A stretch of 64,000 bases of DNA from a candidate division FCPU426 bacterium (GCA_963830915.1 CAWHOE010000064.1:64001-128000); one strand, 5' to 3'; shown: positions 20,014 to 31,280, counted from the stretch's first letter. Translations and numbers: made by a program. The notes: generated by a model not told the origin, from the sequence alone.

Positions 20014-20808
20014 TCAATGGCTTTTTTTGGCCGCCCGATGCTCGAAGAAACGCACGCAGGCCAGGATAAATAGGAACAGGACAGCCGTGGCCGTGTAACG
20101 GCTGAAGTTCAATCCCCCGTGATCAAGCGGCTTGTCCAGAAAGTCTCCCAGGACCGCCCCGAGGGGACGGGTGAGGATGAAGGCCGACCAGAAAAGAATG
20201 GTGCGCGAGATCTTGGTCCACTTGTAAAGGGCGAATACCACAGCCAGTAAGATCACGAAAAGGGTCGCTCCCCCCAGGTAACCCATACCCTCGGAGTCGG
20301 CGGTCCAATCCCCCAGGGCGGTTCCCAGGGTCTGGGAGAACATGATGGTGACCCAATAGAATATCTCCGATTTCGGCTCGGAAACCGAATCCACGGCTAC
20401 CGTACCCAGGGTCTTGTACCAGGTGAATAACGAGGCCATCAGCAGGATGAAAAGGATCGAGGACCCGCCCGCGTAGCCGATACCAAGCGACCGGTCGCAG
20501 AAATCCGCCAGGGTGGTTCCCACGGAAGTGGTGGCGATGATGGTGAACCAATAGATATAAGGATGGAAGGCCTTGGCCCTCATTTGGATGACGACGGCGA
20601 TGAGAAAAATGAAGGCGAAAATGGCCGTGCCCACCAGGTAGCCCAGGTTCATGGACATGGAGACCATGTCCCCGCCAGTCTCTCCCAGGGTGGTGGCGGC
20701 GATCTTGATGATCCAAAAGAGAAGGGTTACCTCGGGAACTTTGCTCAAGATACTTTCGGCCGTTTTCTTTTTTATATTGGGTTTATTTTTAACTTTTTTG
20801 GTCGGCAA
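20014..20808 (-). CDS. COG4705/DUF347 membrane protein
   Basis: SKVPEVTLLFWIIKIAATTLGETGGD, LGTALGD, LTRPLGA. Confidence 0.88.
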   Translation of the reverse strand: MPTKKVKNKPNIKKKTAESILSKVPEVTLLFWIIKIAATTLGETGGDMVSMSMNLGYLVGTAIFAFIFLIAVVIQMRAKAFHPYIYWFTIIATTSVGTTLADFCDRSLGIGYAGGSSILFILLMASLFTWYKTLGTVAVDSVSEPKSEIFYWVTIMFSQTLGTALGDWTADSEGMGYLGGATLFVILLAVVFALYKWTKISRTILFWSAFILTRPLGAVLGDFLDKPLDHGGLNFSRYTATAVLFLFILACVRFFEHRAAKKSH

Positions 20809-20874
20809 AAGATTCTCCCGATCGGATTTGAAAAAAGGGCCGCCCTTTGATAGGACGGCCCTTTCAACGAAAAA

Positions 20875-21912
20875 TTACTTCCCTACGACCAGCAAATGGA
20901 ATGTCCCGGGTATGGTCTTGCCGCGGGGTTTGGGGTCCTCTTTCGTAGGCGTGGGCGGCGCTGACCGCTTGGCCACGGTGAGGAACACCCGCCCTGTCTT
21001 GGCGTCCAGGGCGAGGGTTTTGGCTCCCGGCTCGGTTGGAAGCTGTTCCAGGACCGTGTACTTATTCGGGGAATCCTCATGGATGATCGTCAAGGTCCCG
21101 TCGCCGTTGGAGCTGAACACGTTCTGGGAATCCGGATCGAAAGCCGTACCGTCCACATGGTCGCCGATGGGCAGGGCCTGGATGACCTTGCCGGTCTTGG
21201 CGTTCATCACCACCAGGTTCTTGTTATGGCAGCCGCTGAAGAGGCGGTTGTTCTTGACGTCCATGGAAAGGCCCGAGGGGGATTCGCCCGGGGCCAAGGG
21301 CCAGGTTTTCAGGACCTTCATGGTCTTGGCGTCAATCTTGAGGACCTCGCTCGCGCTTTCCAGGTTGTCGAAGATCAGGCCCTTGCCGTTGGAAACCGCC
21401 ACTTCCGGCCCCCCGTCCAGGGCGACCGTATTGACCAGCTTATCCGTGGTGGGGTCGATGACCGAGGCGTTATGGCTGTCGCCGTTGAAGGTCAGGACCT
21501 TTCCCGTAGGCTTGTCGTAGAGGATGACGTCGCAATCCTTAGAGGTCGGGATCTCCGCCAAATGCTTGAAGGTCGTCAGGTCGAAGACCACCACGCTTCC
21601 CGGGTCACCGCTGCTGGCGTAACCCTTGTTCAGGTCGGACAGGACCACCACGCCGTGGGGATGGGGAACGTTCTCGACGGTGCCGATCAGCTTCAAGGTG
21701 TCGGCGTCGACCACTTGAACGCTGTTGTTATGGGTGATATAGACCCGGCGGTTCTGGCTGTCCACGGTGAGAAAATCGTATCCGCCGTCTCCCGGCAGGG
21801 GGACGCTTTGCAATATCTTGTACCCGCTCTTGCCGGCTTCCTGCGCGTATAGACCGCCAACCCAGACCAGCGAGATGCCCAGCACCAATAAAGCCATTAT
21901 TTTCCGCATCAT
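20875..21912 (-). CDS. Secreted YncE/YVTN beta-propeller protein
   Basis: Signal peptide, GDGGYDFLTVD, repeated propeller blades, GAKTLALD, IPGTFHLLV. Confidence 0.85.
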   Translation of the reverse strand: MMRKIMALLVLGISLVWVGGLYAQEAGKSGYKILQSVPLPGDGGYDFLTVDSQNRRVYITHNNSVQVVDADTLKLIGTVENVPHPHGVVVLSDLNKGYASSGDPGSVVVFDLTTFKHLAEIPTSKDCDVILYDKPTGKVLTFNGDSHNASVIDPTTDKLVNTVALDGGPEVAVSNGKGLIFDNLESASEVLKIDAKTMKVLKTWPLAPGESPSGLSMDVKNNRLFSGCHNKNLVVMNAKTGKVIQALPIGDHVDGTAFDPDSQNVFSSNGDGTLTIIHEDSPNKYTVLEQLPTEPGAKTLALDAKTGRVFLTVAKRSAPPTPTKEDPKPRGKTIPGTFHLLVVGK

Positions 21913-21988
21913 TTACCCCCTCTTTTTTAACATCATCCGCTCGACATTCTGACGATTCATCCGCCTTTTTCAACCTGCTTTATAATCC

Positions 21989-22170
21989 CCTATCCGCAAA
22001 ACGCATCTTACGGATGGTTCCCCCTTTGAAAAAGGGGGGTAGGGGGTATTAGTCATTGCTGAAATAGTCAGGAAAAACTAACTCCCCCTTGTTCCCCCTC
22101 TTTCAGAGGGGGAGACGATGCGACCAACCAACTGACGAAAGTCCGGATCAAAGTACGCTTTGCGAATAGG
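21989..22170 (+). repeat. REP-like element copy B, empty site (no 52-bp insert)
   Basis: ...ccccctctttCAgagggggag... with a single CA at 22104-22105. Confidence 0.9.
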
Positions 22171-22218
22171 CAGACGCTTCATTCAAACATCGCTCCTGGA
22201 AACTCGACAATAAGACAC

Positions 22219-22783
22219 TCAATTCAGTTTAAAAGAGATCGGTATCCGCACTCGGCAGTTCATGGGCTGGCCGTATTTATCCAGGGCCGGCTGGAACCGC
22301 GCCGTTCTTCAGCTTTTCAAGCACCACCGCGTCAAACGAGGGGTCGGCCCCCTGCATGATGCTGACCGCTCTCACGTATCCCGCGACATCGATAAGCAGC
22401 TCCGCGATGACCCGGCCTTCCTTCCTCTCTTTCCTCATCTGGACCGGATAATCTTCCTCGCCGATCATGCCACCCACCCAGGATGGCTGGCGGCTGGCGG
22501 TGACCGCTCCCTCCGGCTCGGGAGTGGGCGTGGGCTGGACCGGCGGAGGGGGACTCTTTCCCTTTTTAGCCAGCACCCAGGGCTCGGGTGGGGGCGGAAG
22601 CTTGGCGACCAAAGTCAAAAGAGGGGCGCTGCTTTGCTCCACATCCATGCGGAACTCAGCGTGGGCTTCCCCCCAGGCGATGATGCCCATCGCGACCCCA
22701 AAAACGGAGAGGTGAAAAATGGTCGATATCAGCATGCCGCCGGAAAGGCGGTTTTCCCGCAGCCATTTGAAAAGACGTTCCAC
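22219..22783 (-). CDS. tonB: TonB energy transducer; one-base frameshift near 22303
   Basis: N-terminal TM with SxxFH, Pro-rich linker; C-terminal domain continues in another frame as ARFQPALDKYGQPMNCRVRIPISFKLN*. Confidence 0.85.
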
Positions 22784-23184
22784 TATTTGCGTTCCATGGC
22801 CAGGGCGACCTTTTGGACCCCGCCCAGCTTGACCGCGTCCAGGACCCGCGCCAGATTCTCGTAGGTGATCGACTTGTCCGCCTTGACGATGACCTTCACT
22901 TCCGGGTCCACGCCCGACTCGACCGCCATTTGCCGGGTCAGGTCCCCCAGTTCGATGTCATTGCGGTTGTACTTGAGCTCTCCCTTGGGGCCCACGGTCA
23001 CCACGAGGGCGGGATGGGGGGCCTTTTCCTCCTTGACCACCTTGGGCAGGTTCACCTGAAAGGCCTGCTCGCTGATGAAGGTGGCCGTCACCATGAAAAT
23101 GATCAATAGCACCAAAGTGATATCCACCAGGGGGGTGACATTGATGCCCGTGACCAGGTTGCTGTTGTTGGAGCCCGGCAGCAT
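22783..23184 (-). CDS. exbD: ExbD/TolR biopolymer transporter
   Basis: INVTPLVDITLVLLIIFMVT. Confidence 0.93.
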   Translation of the reverse strand: MLPGSNNSNLVTGINVTPLVDITLVLLIIFMVTATFISEQAFQVNLPKVVKEEKAPHPALVVTVGPKGELKYNRNDIELGDLTRQMAVESGVDPEVKVIVKADKSITYENLARVLDAVKLGGVQKVALAMERK

Positions 23185-23810
23185 TACTTGGCCTTTTCTT
23201 GCTTGAGGTAAGCCAGGAGTACTCGGGAAAGACTGTCCGTGTTGGTCTGGATCTCGCCCAAGCGGGTCAAGAAAAAGTTGTTGGCGATGACCGCCGGGAT
23301 GGCCACCAGGATACCGAAGGCCGTGGCGATCAAGGCCGCCGAGATACCGGACATGACCACCGAGACGCCGCTTTGGCCCGTGAGTCCCAGGTCGTTGAAG
23401 GCCTTGATGACGCCCAGGACCGTCCCGAAAAGGCCGACGAAAGGCGCGTTATTACCCATGGTGCCCAAGATGATCAGGTATTTCTCGTGCTCCAGCTTTT
23501 CCCTCAGCCAACGGGAGGCCATGACCTCTTCCACGGCCGCCGCGCCCTTCGGAAAGCTCTTCAAACCCGCCAATGCCACCCGGGCCTCGACCCTTGGGCT
23601 TTTTTCAGCTATCTCCACCGCCCCGGGCACATCATGTTTTTCCAGGCATTCGGCCAAGCCGTCCATCAAGGTGGCCACGTCGCCCCGGTTCTTCCGGAAG
23701 ACCAGCCAACGCTCGATCATGACCCCGATGGAAACCACGCTGGCGATGATCAATAAAAGAATGACCCAGGTGTCACCCACCAGGGCCATATGCATGAATA
23801 TCGTGTTCAT
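23184..23810 (-). CDS. exbB: ExbB/MotA/TolQ proton channel
   Basis: APFVGLFGTVLG, GISAALIATAFGILVAIPA. Confidence 0.93.
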   Translation of the reverse strand: MNTIFMHMALVGDTWVILLLIIASVVSIGVMIERWLVFRKNRGDVATLMDGLAECLEKHDVPGAVEIAEKSPRVEARVALAGLKSFPKGAAAVEEVMASRWLREKLEHEKYLIILGTMGNNAPFVGLFGTVLGVIKAFNDLGLTGQSGVSVVMSGISAALIATAFGILVAIPAVIANNFFLTRLGEIQTNTDSLSRVLLAYLKQEKAK

Positions 23811-23969
23811 CTAAAACTCCCCTTTTTAATTATTGGATTTTTGAAGCGATAACACTTTCACATAAATGGCCAAAACCCGGACACGGTTTCGGTCCCTGAA
23901 ACCGAAACCGTGCTGGGTTGGCCGGGGGTCTAGATCAAATCCCCCTAACGACTGTTACCAATTACCTCG

Positions 23970-24091
23970 CACCTTGCTGAAAAAGTCCCTAGAACGGACT
24001 TTTTCAGCTGAAGGCATTTGCGGTAACCCCACGATTCCTGCGGAATCTTTGGGGTCGCAGGCTGCTTTGTGGCCCTTTTTACACCAGCCTG
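23970..24091 (-). repeat. Palindromic MITE/REP-like element, copy 2
   Basis: Inverted copy of 7595-7713; begins right after the receptor stop codon. Confidence 0.85.
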
Positions 24092-26800
24092 CTAGAAGTC
24101 GACCACCAAGCCGCCATCAAAGGTCGGCCCGTAGTACTCGTTCTGGATCGGAAGGTTGGAACTCCCCTGGTAATAACGGAGCGGCTCGTTATTCAGGTTA
24201 TCCCCTTCGGCGTAAACCGTGACGTCCTTGGAGATGGCGTATTTGACCTTCGCGTCGATCTGGAAGTAATCGTCATAGTAAACGTTCGGCACCGGTCCGC
24301 CCAAGGAACCCGGCAGGGCCGCGTCCCCGACCAAGGACAGGTTCTTGCCCGTGAAGGAACCACCGACATCGATCGTAAAACCGTACTTTTTGTAAAAGAT
24401 ACCGGTGTTGAAGATGAGGTCGGACTGACTGGGGAGTTCGGTATTGACCCCGGGAGACGTCTCGCCCTGGGACCACATCCTGGAAACGGAACCCCGGAAA
24501 CCCAGGCCATCCAATGGATCGGGCAGCATGGTGTATTGCTGTTGATATTGGAATTCGATCCCATAGATATACGAATTGGGAATGTTCGAATAGGTGATGT
24601 TATTGGTCACCCCGCCCGAGTTGACGAGTTGGGTGTAATCCGCCTCGAAGTAGTTCGTGAGGCTTTTGTAGAACCCATCAACCGCCAGGATGGCGGCCTT
24701 CTGGGGATAGAGTTCCCAAGAGAGGTCGATGTTATCCGAGACCATCGGTTTCAGGTTCGGATTGCCATAAGTATTGTTGACGACCGGGTCCGCCGAGGAA
24801 GTACCCCCGTTTTGATTCTGGCCCAGCGTGGGCGAAGGAATGTACTGGTTGTAGGTCGGTCGGGCCAGGGTCTCCGAATAGTTGAGACGGGCTGTCATCG
24901 AAGGATCGAACACATACTTCAATCCCAAACTCGGCAGGATGTTGGTATAGTCGATGGTCCCCGTCGAAACAGCCGCGGAAGCCGCTTCGTGTTTATCGGT
25001 TGGATAATCCGTGAACGAATTATACCAGTCGTACTTGATGTGGGTGCCCTCGATCCTCGCTCCGCCCATTACCGTCAATTTGTCCAGGTTGAGGGTATAC
25101 ATGGCGTAACCCGCGATCACGTTCTCATACGAATCCCAATCCAAAGCTTGGTCCGCCACTGGATCGGTCTGGGTCATGGGGCCGGCATAGGGGCTTGTGC
25201 TGGCGTTAAGCAGATTCAACAACGCCGTCATGCTTGGGACTGGCCCCATGTTATAGATATCCCCCGGATAGAAGTTCGGGAGAGTGGTGGGGCTAAACGC
25301 AGCCATTGTCGGTTTCAGCAACGAGGTTGGTGAGAAGTTCATATCGGTGTAATTGGCGTAGCTGAAATTCCCGCGGGCCCCGAATTGAAGGGTGCCTTTG
25401 TCGCCGCCGCCCAAGTCCATATCGGTTTTGCCGTCGGCTTTGAGCCCATAGAGATTCACGTTGTAGACCCATTGTTCATCCGTAAAGCTCTTCAAGGTGA
25501 ATTGGGTCGGATCGTTCTGCCCGGTCACTTGGCTGGCGTCGAACGACGGGCTATCGCCGTTGTTCGTGGAGTTGTTATAGGTCAGCAATCCCGAGAGATT
25601 ACCGTTCTTGAATTTGTAACCGTAGTGCCAGGGCACGTTGGAGTCGGCGAAGGAATAGGTGGCTTTATAATCCAGGTCGAAACCGCCGAGGTTGTTATCG
25701 CCCCCGACCCCCAGGCCCAGGGTGCGGTACTGGGTCAACTCATAGCTGACCTTATCATCCACTTCCCCGTTGACACTGGTATCGATCGTGAAGCTTCCGT
25801 TGGCGTTCAAGGTGGCGTTATTGCCCGGGACGGCGTCGAGACCTGACCAGGCAGTGGTGTATTTGGGCCTGCGGTACTCGTCATAACCGCTGTACATCAT
25901 GTTCACGAAATACTTGTTGTCCTTATCGGCCGAGAGGTCGATGTTGGCGCCGATCCCCGCGCGGTCACGCTCGTAGTCGTAATATTGGAAGTCATACTCG
26001 TTGATGGAGTTCAACCCCAATTGTCCCGAACCGGCCGGAGTGTAGGTCTCTTCCAGGTCGTCGATGCCGAATCTCTCATACTCATAGGAGCCCGTCACGA
26101 GGAACCCCAGCTTGGCTTGGCCCCCCAGGCTCATGGTCTCGCCCCAGGTCAATTGCCCCATGGCGGTGGGTTCATTGCGCTCCGGAACATAGCCCCCTTG
26201 GGCCTTGATCTCGTGGAAGCTGCCGGGATAATCGAAGGCCGATTTCGGGATGAGGTTCATCTGGCCGCCGACGCCTTGGGCGTCCATGTTCGGCAGGATG
26301 GTCTTGAAAACTTCTTCCTCGCCTACCAAAGCGACCGGGATGTCGTCCAGGTCCACCGACCTGGTGGAGTCGTCATAAGAAGGGATGAGCGTGTCATTGA
26401 AGGTGATGATATCCAGGGTCGAGTCCGTCCCGCGGATCGAGATGTAGCGGGGCTCACCCGTGTCATGCTGGACCCCGACGCCCGGCAATTGCTGGGCCGC
26501 CTGGGCGACGGTCTTGGCCGGCGTCTGGTCGATCTGGTCCTGGGAAAGGATGTTCACTTTATTGAGTGAGTTGTGCATCTCATCGAAGGACTGGGCCTGG
26601 TCGATGCCGTGGGCCTTGACCGTGACCTCCGGGAGTTCGGAAACGCCCGTCACGGAAGCCGACAGAGTGTTGGATTGCGCGTCGGCGGGAGCGGTCGTCG
26701 CCATGTCCGCTTTCGCGATGGGAGCGAACATCAAAAAGAAAAGGGTGAACAACACCTGCGTTGAAAGAATGGAGCCGAACCTCTTGATCCGCATAAACAC
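24092..26800 (-). CDS. Large TonB-dependent receptor
   Basis: Signal peptide, EVTVKA, GEPRYISIRG, GNPNLKP, C-terminal F. Confidence 0.92.
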   Translation of the reverse strand: MFMRIKRFGSILSTQVLFTLFFLMFAPIAKADMATTAPADAQSNTLSASVTGVSELPEVTVKAHGIDQAQSFDEMHNSLNKVNILSQDQIDQTPAKTVAQAAQQLPGVGVQHDTGEPRYISIRGTDSTLDIITFNDTLIPSYDDSTRSVDLDDIPVALVGEEEVFKTILPNMDAQGVGGQMNLIPKSAFDYPGSFHEIKAQGGYVPERNEPTAMGQLTWGETMSLGGQAKLGFLVTGSYEYERFGIDDLEETYTPAGSGQLGLNSINEYDFQYYDYERDRAGIGANIDLSADKDNKYFVNMMYSGYDEYRRPKYTTAWSGLDAVPGNNATLNANGSFTIDTSVNGEVDDKVSYELTQYRTLGLGVGGDNNLGGFDLDYKATYSFADSNVPWHYGYKFKNGNLSGLLTYNNSTNNGDSPSFDASQVTGQNDPTQFTLKSFTDEQWVYNVNLYGLKADGKTDMDLGGGDKGTLQFGARGNFSYANYTDMNFSPTSLLKPTMAAFSPTTLPNFYPGDIYNMGPVPSMTALLNLLNASTSPYAGPMTQTDPVADQALDWDSYENVIAGYAMYTLNLDKLTVMGGARIEGTHIKYDWYNSFTDYPTDKHEAASAAVSTGTIDYTNILPSLGLKYVFDPSMTARLNYSETLARPTYNQYIPSPTLGQNQNGGTSSADPVVNNTYGNPNLKPMVSDNIDLSWELYPQKAAILAVDGFYKSLTNYFEADYTQLVNSGGVTNNITYSNIPNSYIYGIEFQYQQQYTMLPDPLDGLGFRGSVSRMWSQGETSPGVNTELPSQSDLIFNTGIFYKKYGFTIDVGGSFTGKNLSLVGDAALPGSLGGPVPNVYYDDYFQIDAKVKYAISKDVTVYAEGDNLNNEPLRYYQGSSNLPIQNEYYGPTFDGGLVVDF

Positions 26801-26945
26801 TTCCTTTCTCGAACTGAAAAAAATAGAACCCCTTTCGAGGTCCCACGCGCAAGGGCTCTTTGGGGAACCCTCACTGAACGCCGGGAGTTTAATGGTTTTT
26901 AATTCTTTAGTTGTTGCGGAGAAATAAAATGAACGTAACGATACG

Positions 26946-26983
26946 ATGAAGAAATCGTCATCTTGCCGTCATTGTCATGTCAT
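26946..26983. promoter_or_regulatory. Possible CusR/OmpR-type operator (ATGAA-N6-GTCAT plus GTCAT repeats at 11-bp spacing)
   Basis: GTCAT at 26957, 26968, 26974 and 26979 between the receptor and the response regulator. Confidence 0.4.
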
Positions 26984-27257
26984 TTCCACGAACGAAAAAA
27001 TTTCCAAAGTTTATAACGCTGATCGCTTTCGCCCGGACAGTTACCAAGAGTAACTTTGGAGTTCCGTTTATTTTTCAACGACTTATCCGGAAAGCGAAAA
27101 AAATGATCTGAATTTGTCGGGGACGGATATCGTAAAATTCTGGAACAAACAAAGTGTTTGTCTCTTGGATTGTTCCCTCTTTCCTAGTTTCGATCGCCCT
27201 TTTTTATTAATCCGCATTTAACTTGCTACTTCCCTCCATATGAAATTACATACACCC

Positions 27258-27932
27258 ATGAAAATTTTGATCATCGAGGACGAGCCCAAGACCATGGCCT
27301 ATCTGGCCAAGGGTTTGACCGAGAACGGATATGCGGTCAACGGCGCGGAGAACGGCGAGGAAGGTTTTCATATGGCCAAGGTGGGAGGTTACGACCTGCT
27401 CATCCTGGATGTCATGCTTCCGGGCAAGGACGGCTGGTCCATCCTGGAGGACCTGCGAAATTCAGGACACCGATTCCCCATCCTTTTCTTGACCGCTCGT
27501 GACGCCGTGGAGGACCGGGTGAAAGGTCTGGAATCGGGAGCGGACGATTATCTGGTGAAGCCCTTCGCCTTCGTGGAACTCCTGGCCCGGGTGCGTACCC
27601 TCTTGAGAAGGGGCCAATCCCAAGCTTCGGAATTCCTCAAGATCGCCGACCTGGACATCGACCCCCTCCGTCACAAGACCCAAAGGTCCGGCAAGCGTAT
27701 CGACCTCACCCCCAAGGAATTTTCCCTTCTATATCTGCTCGCTTCCCGCACCGGGGATGTCCTTTCCCGGACCCACCTGGCGGAACAAGTTTGGGACATG
27801 AATTTTGACAGCGGCACCAATGTGGTGGATGTCCATGTCCGCCGCCTTCGCTCCAAGGTGGATGATCCCTTCAAGCGGAAGCTGATCCATACGGTCCGGG
27901 GGGTAGGCTATGTCCTCGAAGATCGTGGTTAA
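27258..27932 (+). CDS. Heavy-metal-type OmpR family response regulator (CusR/CzcR-like)
   Basis: [43 protein letters not shown]. Confidence 0.93.
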   Translation: MKILIIEDEPKTMAYLAKGLTENGYAVNGAENGEEGFHMAKVGGYDLLILDVMLPGKDGWSILEDLRNSGHRFPILFLTARDAVEDRVKGLESGADDYLVKPFAFVELLARVRTLLRRGQSQASEFLKIADLDIDPLRHKTQRSGKRIDLTPKEFSLLYLLASRTGDVLSRTHLAEQVWDMNFDSGTNVVDVHVRRLRSKVDDPFKRKLIHTVRGVGYVLEDRG

Positions 27933-29337
27933 AAAAGAAAAAATGGTTTGGCTCGATTCTCTCGCGGCCCGCATGACCCTCTGGTACACCCTGTCCGCCT
28001 TCCTATTGCTCTTGACAGCCTCCGGTTTTCTTTACCGAGCCCTTTCCGACGGTCTGGACCACGAGAATGACCATCTTCTTTCCGAGAATTTCCAAAGTTT
28101 GACCGCCTATATGAAAAAGAACCCTGATGACCTGAATGACCTCCAGCAGTTCGTGGGGGAAACACCCAAGTGGTACCGGACGACCTCTTTCTGGACTCGT
28201 ATCTTGGACGGGGACAAGGTCTTGACCGAGACTCCCGGGATGTCACAAACCTTGCCCATCACTTTATTTTCCACAGGTTCCCCAACCAGTTGGAATTCAA
28301 CGATCCATTCCCAGGACGGACGACCCTTCCGGCTTTTATCGGCTCAAGGTCTTTGGCCTGGATATATCCGCCCGAACGTCAATGTCCAGATGGCCATCGA
28401 CATGGAATCGGATGAGGATATCCTTAGAAAATTCCGGAAAAAACTTTTCAAAGTACTTGGGTTTTGCCTTTTAGCCTGCGCCTTGGTCGGTTATTGGATC
28501 GCCCATCGGGGCATCCGGCCCGTCCGGAAGATCGCCGATACCGCCGCGCGGATCGGGTCCAGCACCCTCTATGAGCGCCTGGACCGGTCCGGGCTTCCCT
28601 CAGAACTTTCCGACCTGGCCGGTACTTTCAACGACATGCTGGACCGTCTGGAGGATTCCTTTGCCCGACTTTCCCGTTTCAGCTCCGACATCGCCCACGA
28701 GCTTCGCACACCCCTCCAGAACCTGCGGGGCGAGGCGGAAGTGGTCCTGAGCAAGGAACGTCCGCCAAGCGAATATCAGGACCTGCTGGGTTCCTCCCTG
28801 GAAGAATACCAGCGTCTTTCCAACCTCATCGACAGCCTTCTGTTCCTGGCCAGGGCGGAAGACCCCCAGACCCAGATCCGGCGGGAAGAGCTGGACCTCA
28901 AGAAAGAATTGGGCCTGCTCCATGACTTTTACGGCCTTTCGGCGGGAGAATCGGGCATCGTCTTGCGGGTGGAGGCGCCGGATGATTTACGGGCGAACTT
29001 GGACCGTTCCCTATTCCAAAGGGCGGTGGGCAACCTGGTGGAGAATTCCCTGAAACATACCCCTTCCGGCGGGACGATCCTTTTAAAGGCCGCGTCCGCC
29101 GCGGGAAAAGCCGTCATCGAGGTTTCGGACACCGGAAGGGGCATTCCCCCGGACCAGCTTTCCCGGGTCTTCGACCGTTTCTACCGGGTGGATCCCTCGC
29201 GCGCTCCCTCGTCCGGCGGGACGGGGTTGGGGCTTTCCATCGTGAAGAGCATCATGGACCTGCATGGCGGGACCGTGGAGATCCTCAGCGTTCCCTCCCA
29301 GGGGACCACCGTCACCCTTTTCTTCCCTTCTGTCTAA
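27910..29337 (+). CDS. Heavy-metal-type sensor kinase (CusS/CzcS-like)
   Basis: 2 [27 protein letters not shown]. Confidence 0.93.
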   Translation: MSSKIVVKKEKMVWLDSLAARMTLWYTLSAFLLLLTASGFLYRALSDGLDHENDHLLSENFQSLTAYMKKNPDDLNDLQQFVGETPKWYRTTSFWTRILDGDKVLTETPGMSQTLPITLFSTGSPTSWNSTIHSQDGRPFRLLSAQGLWPGYIRPNVNVQMAIDMESDEDILRKFRKKLFKVLGFCLLACALVGYWIAHRGIRPVRKIADTAARIGSSTLYERLDRSGLPSELSDLAGTFNDMLDRLEDSFARLSRFSSDIAHELRTPLQNLRGEAEVVLSKERPPSEYQDLLGSSLEEYQRLSNLIDSLLFLARAEDPQTQIRREELDLKKELGLLHDFYGLSAGESGIVLRVEAPDDLRANLDRSLFQRAVGNLVENSLKHTPSGGTILLKAASAAGKAVIEVSDTGRGIPPDQLSRVFDRFYRVDPSRAPSSGGTGLGLSIVKSIMDLHGGTVEILSVPSQGTTVTLFFPSV

Positions 29338-29425
29338 TATAGAGACCTAAAACCCAGACCGGACGACACTATCGCCCGATCCTTTCGTCCAATGGACCGG
29401 AATCGATCGACGGTATACTGACAGC

Positions 29426-30331
29426 ATGAAGGATATCCACATGGAAACTCGCAAACTCTATCAAAGCCTATCATTCTGGACAGCCCTGGTTCTGGCGGGC
29501 CTGATCGCCGGACTTTTGCTTTTTTCCCCGAAGGCCTTCGGCGGCAAGGTGGAAACCTGTGCCCGTTATCAAGGCGTGACCGTCGGGAATTACATCGTCC
29601 AGACCGACTATTGGAACCAGGACAAGTGCCCCGGCGCCCAATGCTTGAGCGTGGACGACCAGACCGGTTCCTACACCGTGACCAAGGGAACCTTCGACTG
29701 CGGCTATTCGGTGGCGTCCTACCCTTCGATACTCTACGGCAGCGCCTTCGGGAGCGTCAGTCCCAACAGCGACCTGCCGGCCCAGGTCAGCTCGCTGAAA
29801 TGCGTGAATAGCAGCTGGAGTTTCCAGCCCACCAACACCGGGGCTTGGGACGCGGCCTATGACATTTGGTTCTGTCCCGATAACACCTGCGGGCCCAGCG
29901 GGTTCAAGGGCGGGCTTGAGCTGATGATCTGGATCGATTACCGGAACACCAACGGATGGAAGAACGACCTGGGCCCTGTGACGATCGACGGGATGGATTG
30001 GGAAGTTTGGCAATTCATGGACGAAGCCGGGGATCATCATCAATACGTCGCGTACCTGCCCAACCCGCCCATGACCTCGGTCGAGAACCTGGACCTCAAG
30101 CCCTTTTTCGACGATTCCCAGGCCCGGGGTTATTTGAAGCCTTCCTGGTACCTATACGCGGTCGAGGTGGGCAACGAAATGAAGAAAGACGGCGTCCCCT
30201 TCACCAGCAAGAGCTTCTCGGTCTCGGTGAACAAGGATTGCGGGGCCAAACCCATCTTTACCGCTCTGCCCACCTTCACGCCCACCGCCACACCCGACAC
30301 GTCCCCGCTGGTGATCCCGCCCCCACCTTGA
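29426..30331 (+). CDS. Secreted glycoside hydrolase family 12 (endoglucanase-like)
   Basis: SYPS, WDAAYDIW, ELMIW, VEVGNE; Thr/Pro-rich tail. Confidence 0.85.
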   Translation: MKDIHMETRKLYQSLSFWTALVLAGLIAGLLLFSPKAFGGKVETCARYQGVTVGNYIVQTDYWNQDKCPGAQCLSVDDQTGSYTVTKGTFDCGYSVASYPSILYGSAFGSVSPNSDLPAQVSSLKCVNSSWSFQPTNTGAWDAAYDIWFCPDNTCGPSGFKGGLELMIWIDYRNTNGWKNDLGPVTIDGMDWEVWQFMDEAGDHHQYVAYLPNPPMTSVENLDLKPFFDDSQARGYLKPSWYLYAVEVGNEMKKDGVPFTSKSFSVSVNKDCGAKPIFTALPTFTPTATPDTSPLVIPPPP

Positions 30332-30475
30332 GGCTTACACTTTTTTTCCTAAACTAACCGGGTCGAGGTTTATTAAAAACACCTCAACACGGTTCTGTAT
30401 CACTAACCTGCCAAATCTTCACCTCGCGAGAAGATTTTTAGGCCGCAAACCTGTAACTTGCCGCGAAGATAGTTG

Positions 30476-30617
30476 TTCCCCCCTTTGAAAAAGGGGGGTA
30501 TTAGTCGTTGCCGAGGTAGTCCAAAAATCTAACTCCCCCTCACTCCCCCTCTTTCATGCTGTTCCTCATATGAAATTAAAATAATGAGAACGGTATAGTG
30601 CTTTAGCACAGAGGGGG
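30476..30617 (+). repeat. REP-like element copy C with the 52-bp insert at 30557-30608
   Basis: Insert differs from the other two copies at one base. Confidence 0.9.
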
Positions 30618-30673
30618 ATATATGGGTGTCATCCACAATTTTCAAATATCCCATTCATCCCATGAATCTGTGG

Positions 30674-31258
30674 CTAATTTTTGATTTTTTTCGAATGGCA
30701 AAAACAATTGGTCACGTGGTCGTTCACCATGCCGACCGCCTGCATGTGGGCATAGATGACGGTCGGGCCGAGGAACTTGAACCCGCGTTTTTTCAGGTCT
30801 TTCGCCCAGGCTTCCGCCTCCGGGATCACGGCGGGGATGTCCCTCATGGTCTTGATCTTGTGGTCGATGGTCCGGTTCTTGACCCAACCCCACATATAGG
30901 AAGCGAAGGACCCGAATTCCTTTTGGACTTCCATGAACCGGGCCGCGTTGTTGATGGCCGCCTTGATCTTGGCCCTATTGCGTACGATGCCAGCGTCCTT
31001 CATCAGCCTGGCCACATCCTTCGCCTTGAACCGCGCGACCTTTTTATAGTCGAAGCGGGCGAAGTCCTTCCTGAAATTCTCCCTTTTACGAAGCACAACG
31101 CGCCAGGAAAGCCCCGCCTGGAAGGATTCCAGGATGAGGAACTCGAATAGCTTCCGATCGTCATGGACCGGGACGCCCCATTCCTTATCGTGGTAGTCGA
31201 TCATTAGGCGGTCTTCGGTCCCGGGCCAGGGACATCTTTTGACGGTTCGAACGGTCAC
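30674..31258 (-). CDS. tag: DNA-3-methyladenine glycosylase I
   Basis: RCPW, YHDKEWG, LESFQAGLSW, GMVNDH...C. Confidence 0.95.
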   Translation of the reverse strand: MTVRTVKRCPWPGTEDRLMIDYHDKEWGVPVHDDRKLFEFLILESFQAGLSWRVVLRKRENFRKDFARFDYKKVARFKAKDVARLMKDAGIVRNRAKIKAAINNAARFMEVQKEFGSFASYMWGWVKNRTIDHKIKTMRDIPAVIPEAEAWAKDLKKRGFKFLGPTVIYAHMQAVGMVNDHVTNCFCHSKKIKN

Positions 31259-31280
31259 GCTAAGGCTCCCTTTTGCTTGG

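Noticed and set aside
22290..22310. Truncated TonB
   Set aside because: One extra base; the canonical C-terminus continues in the next frame to 22219
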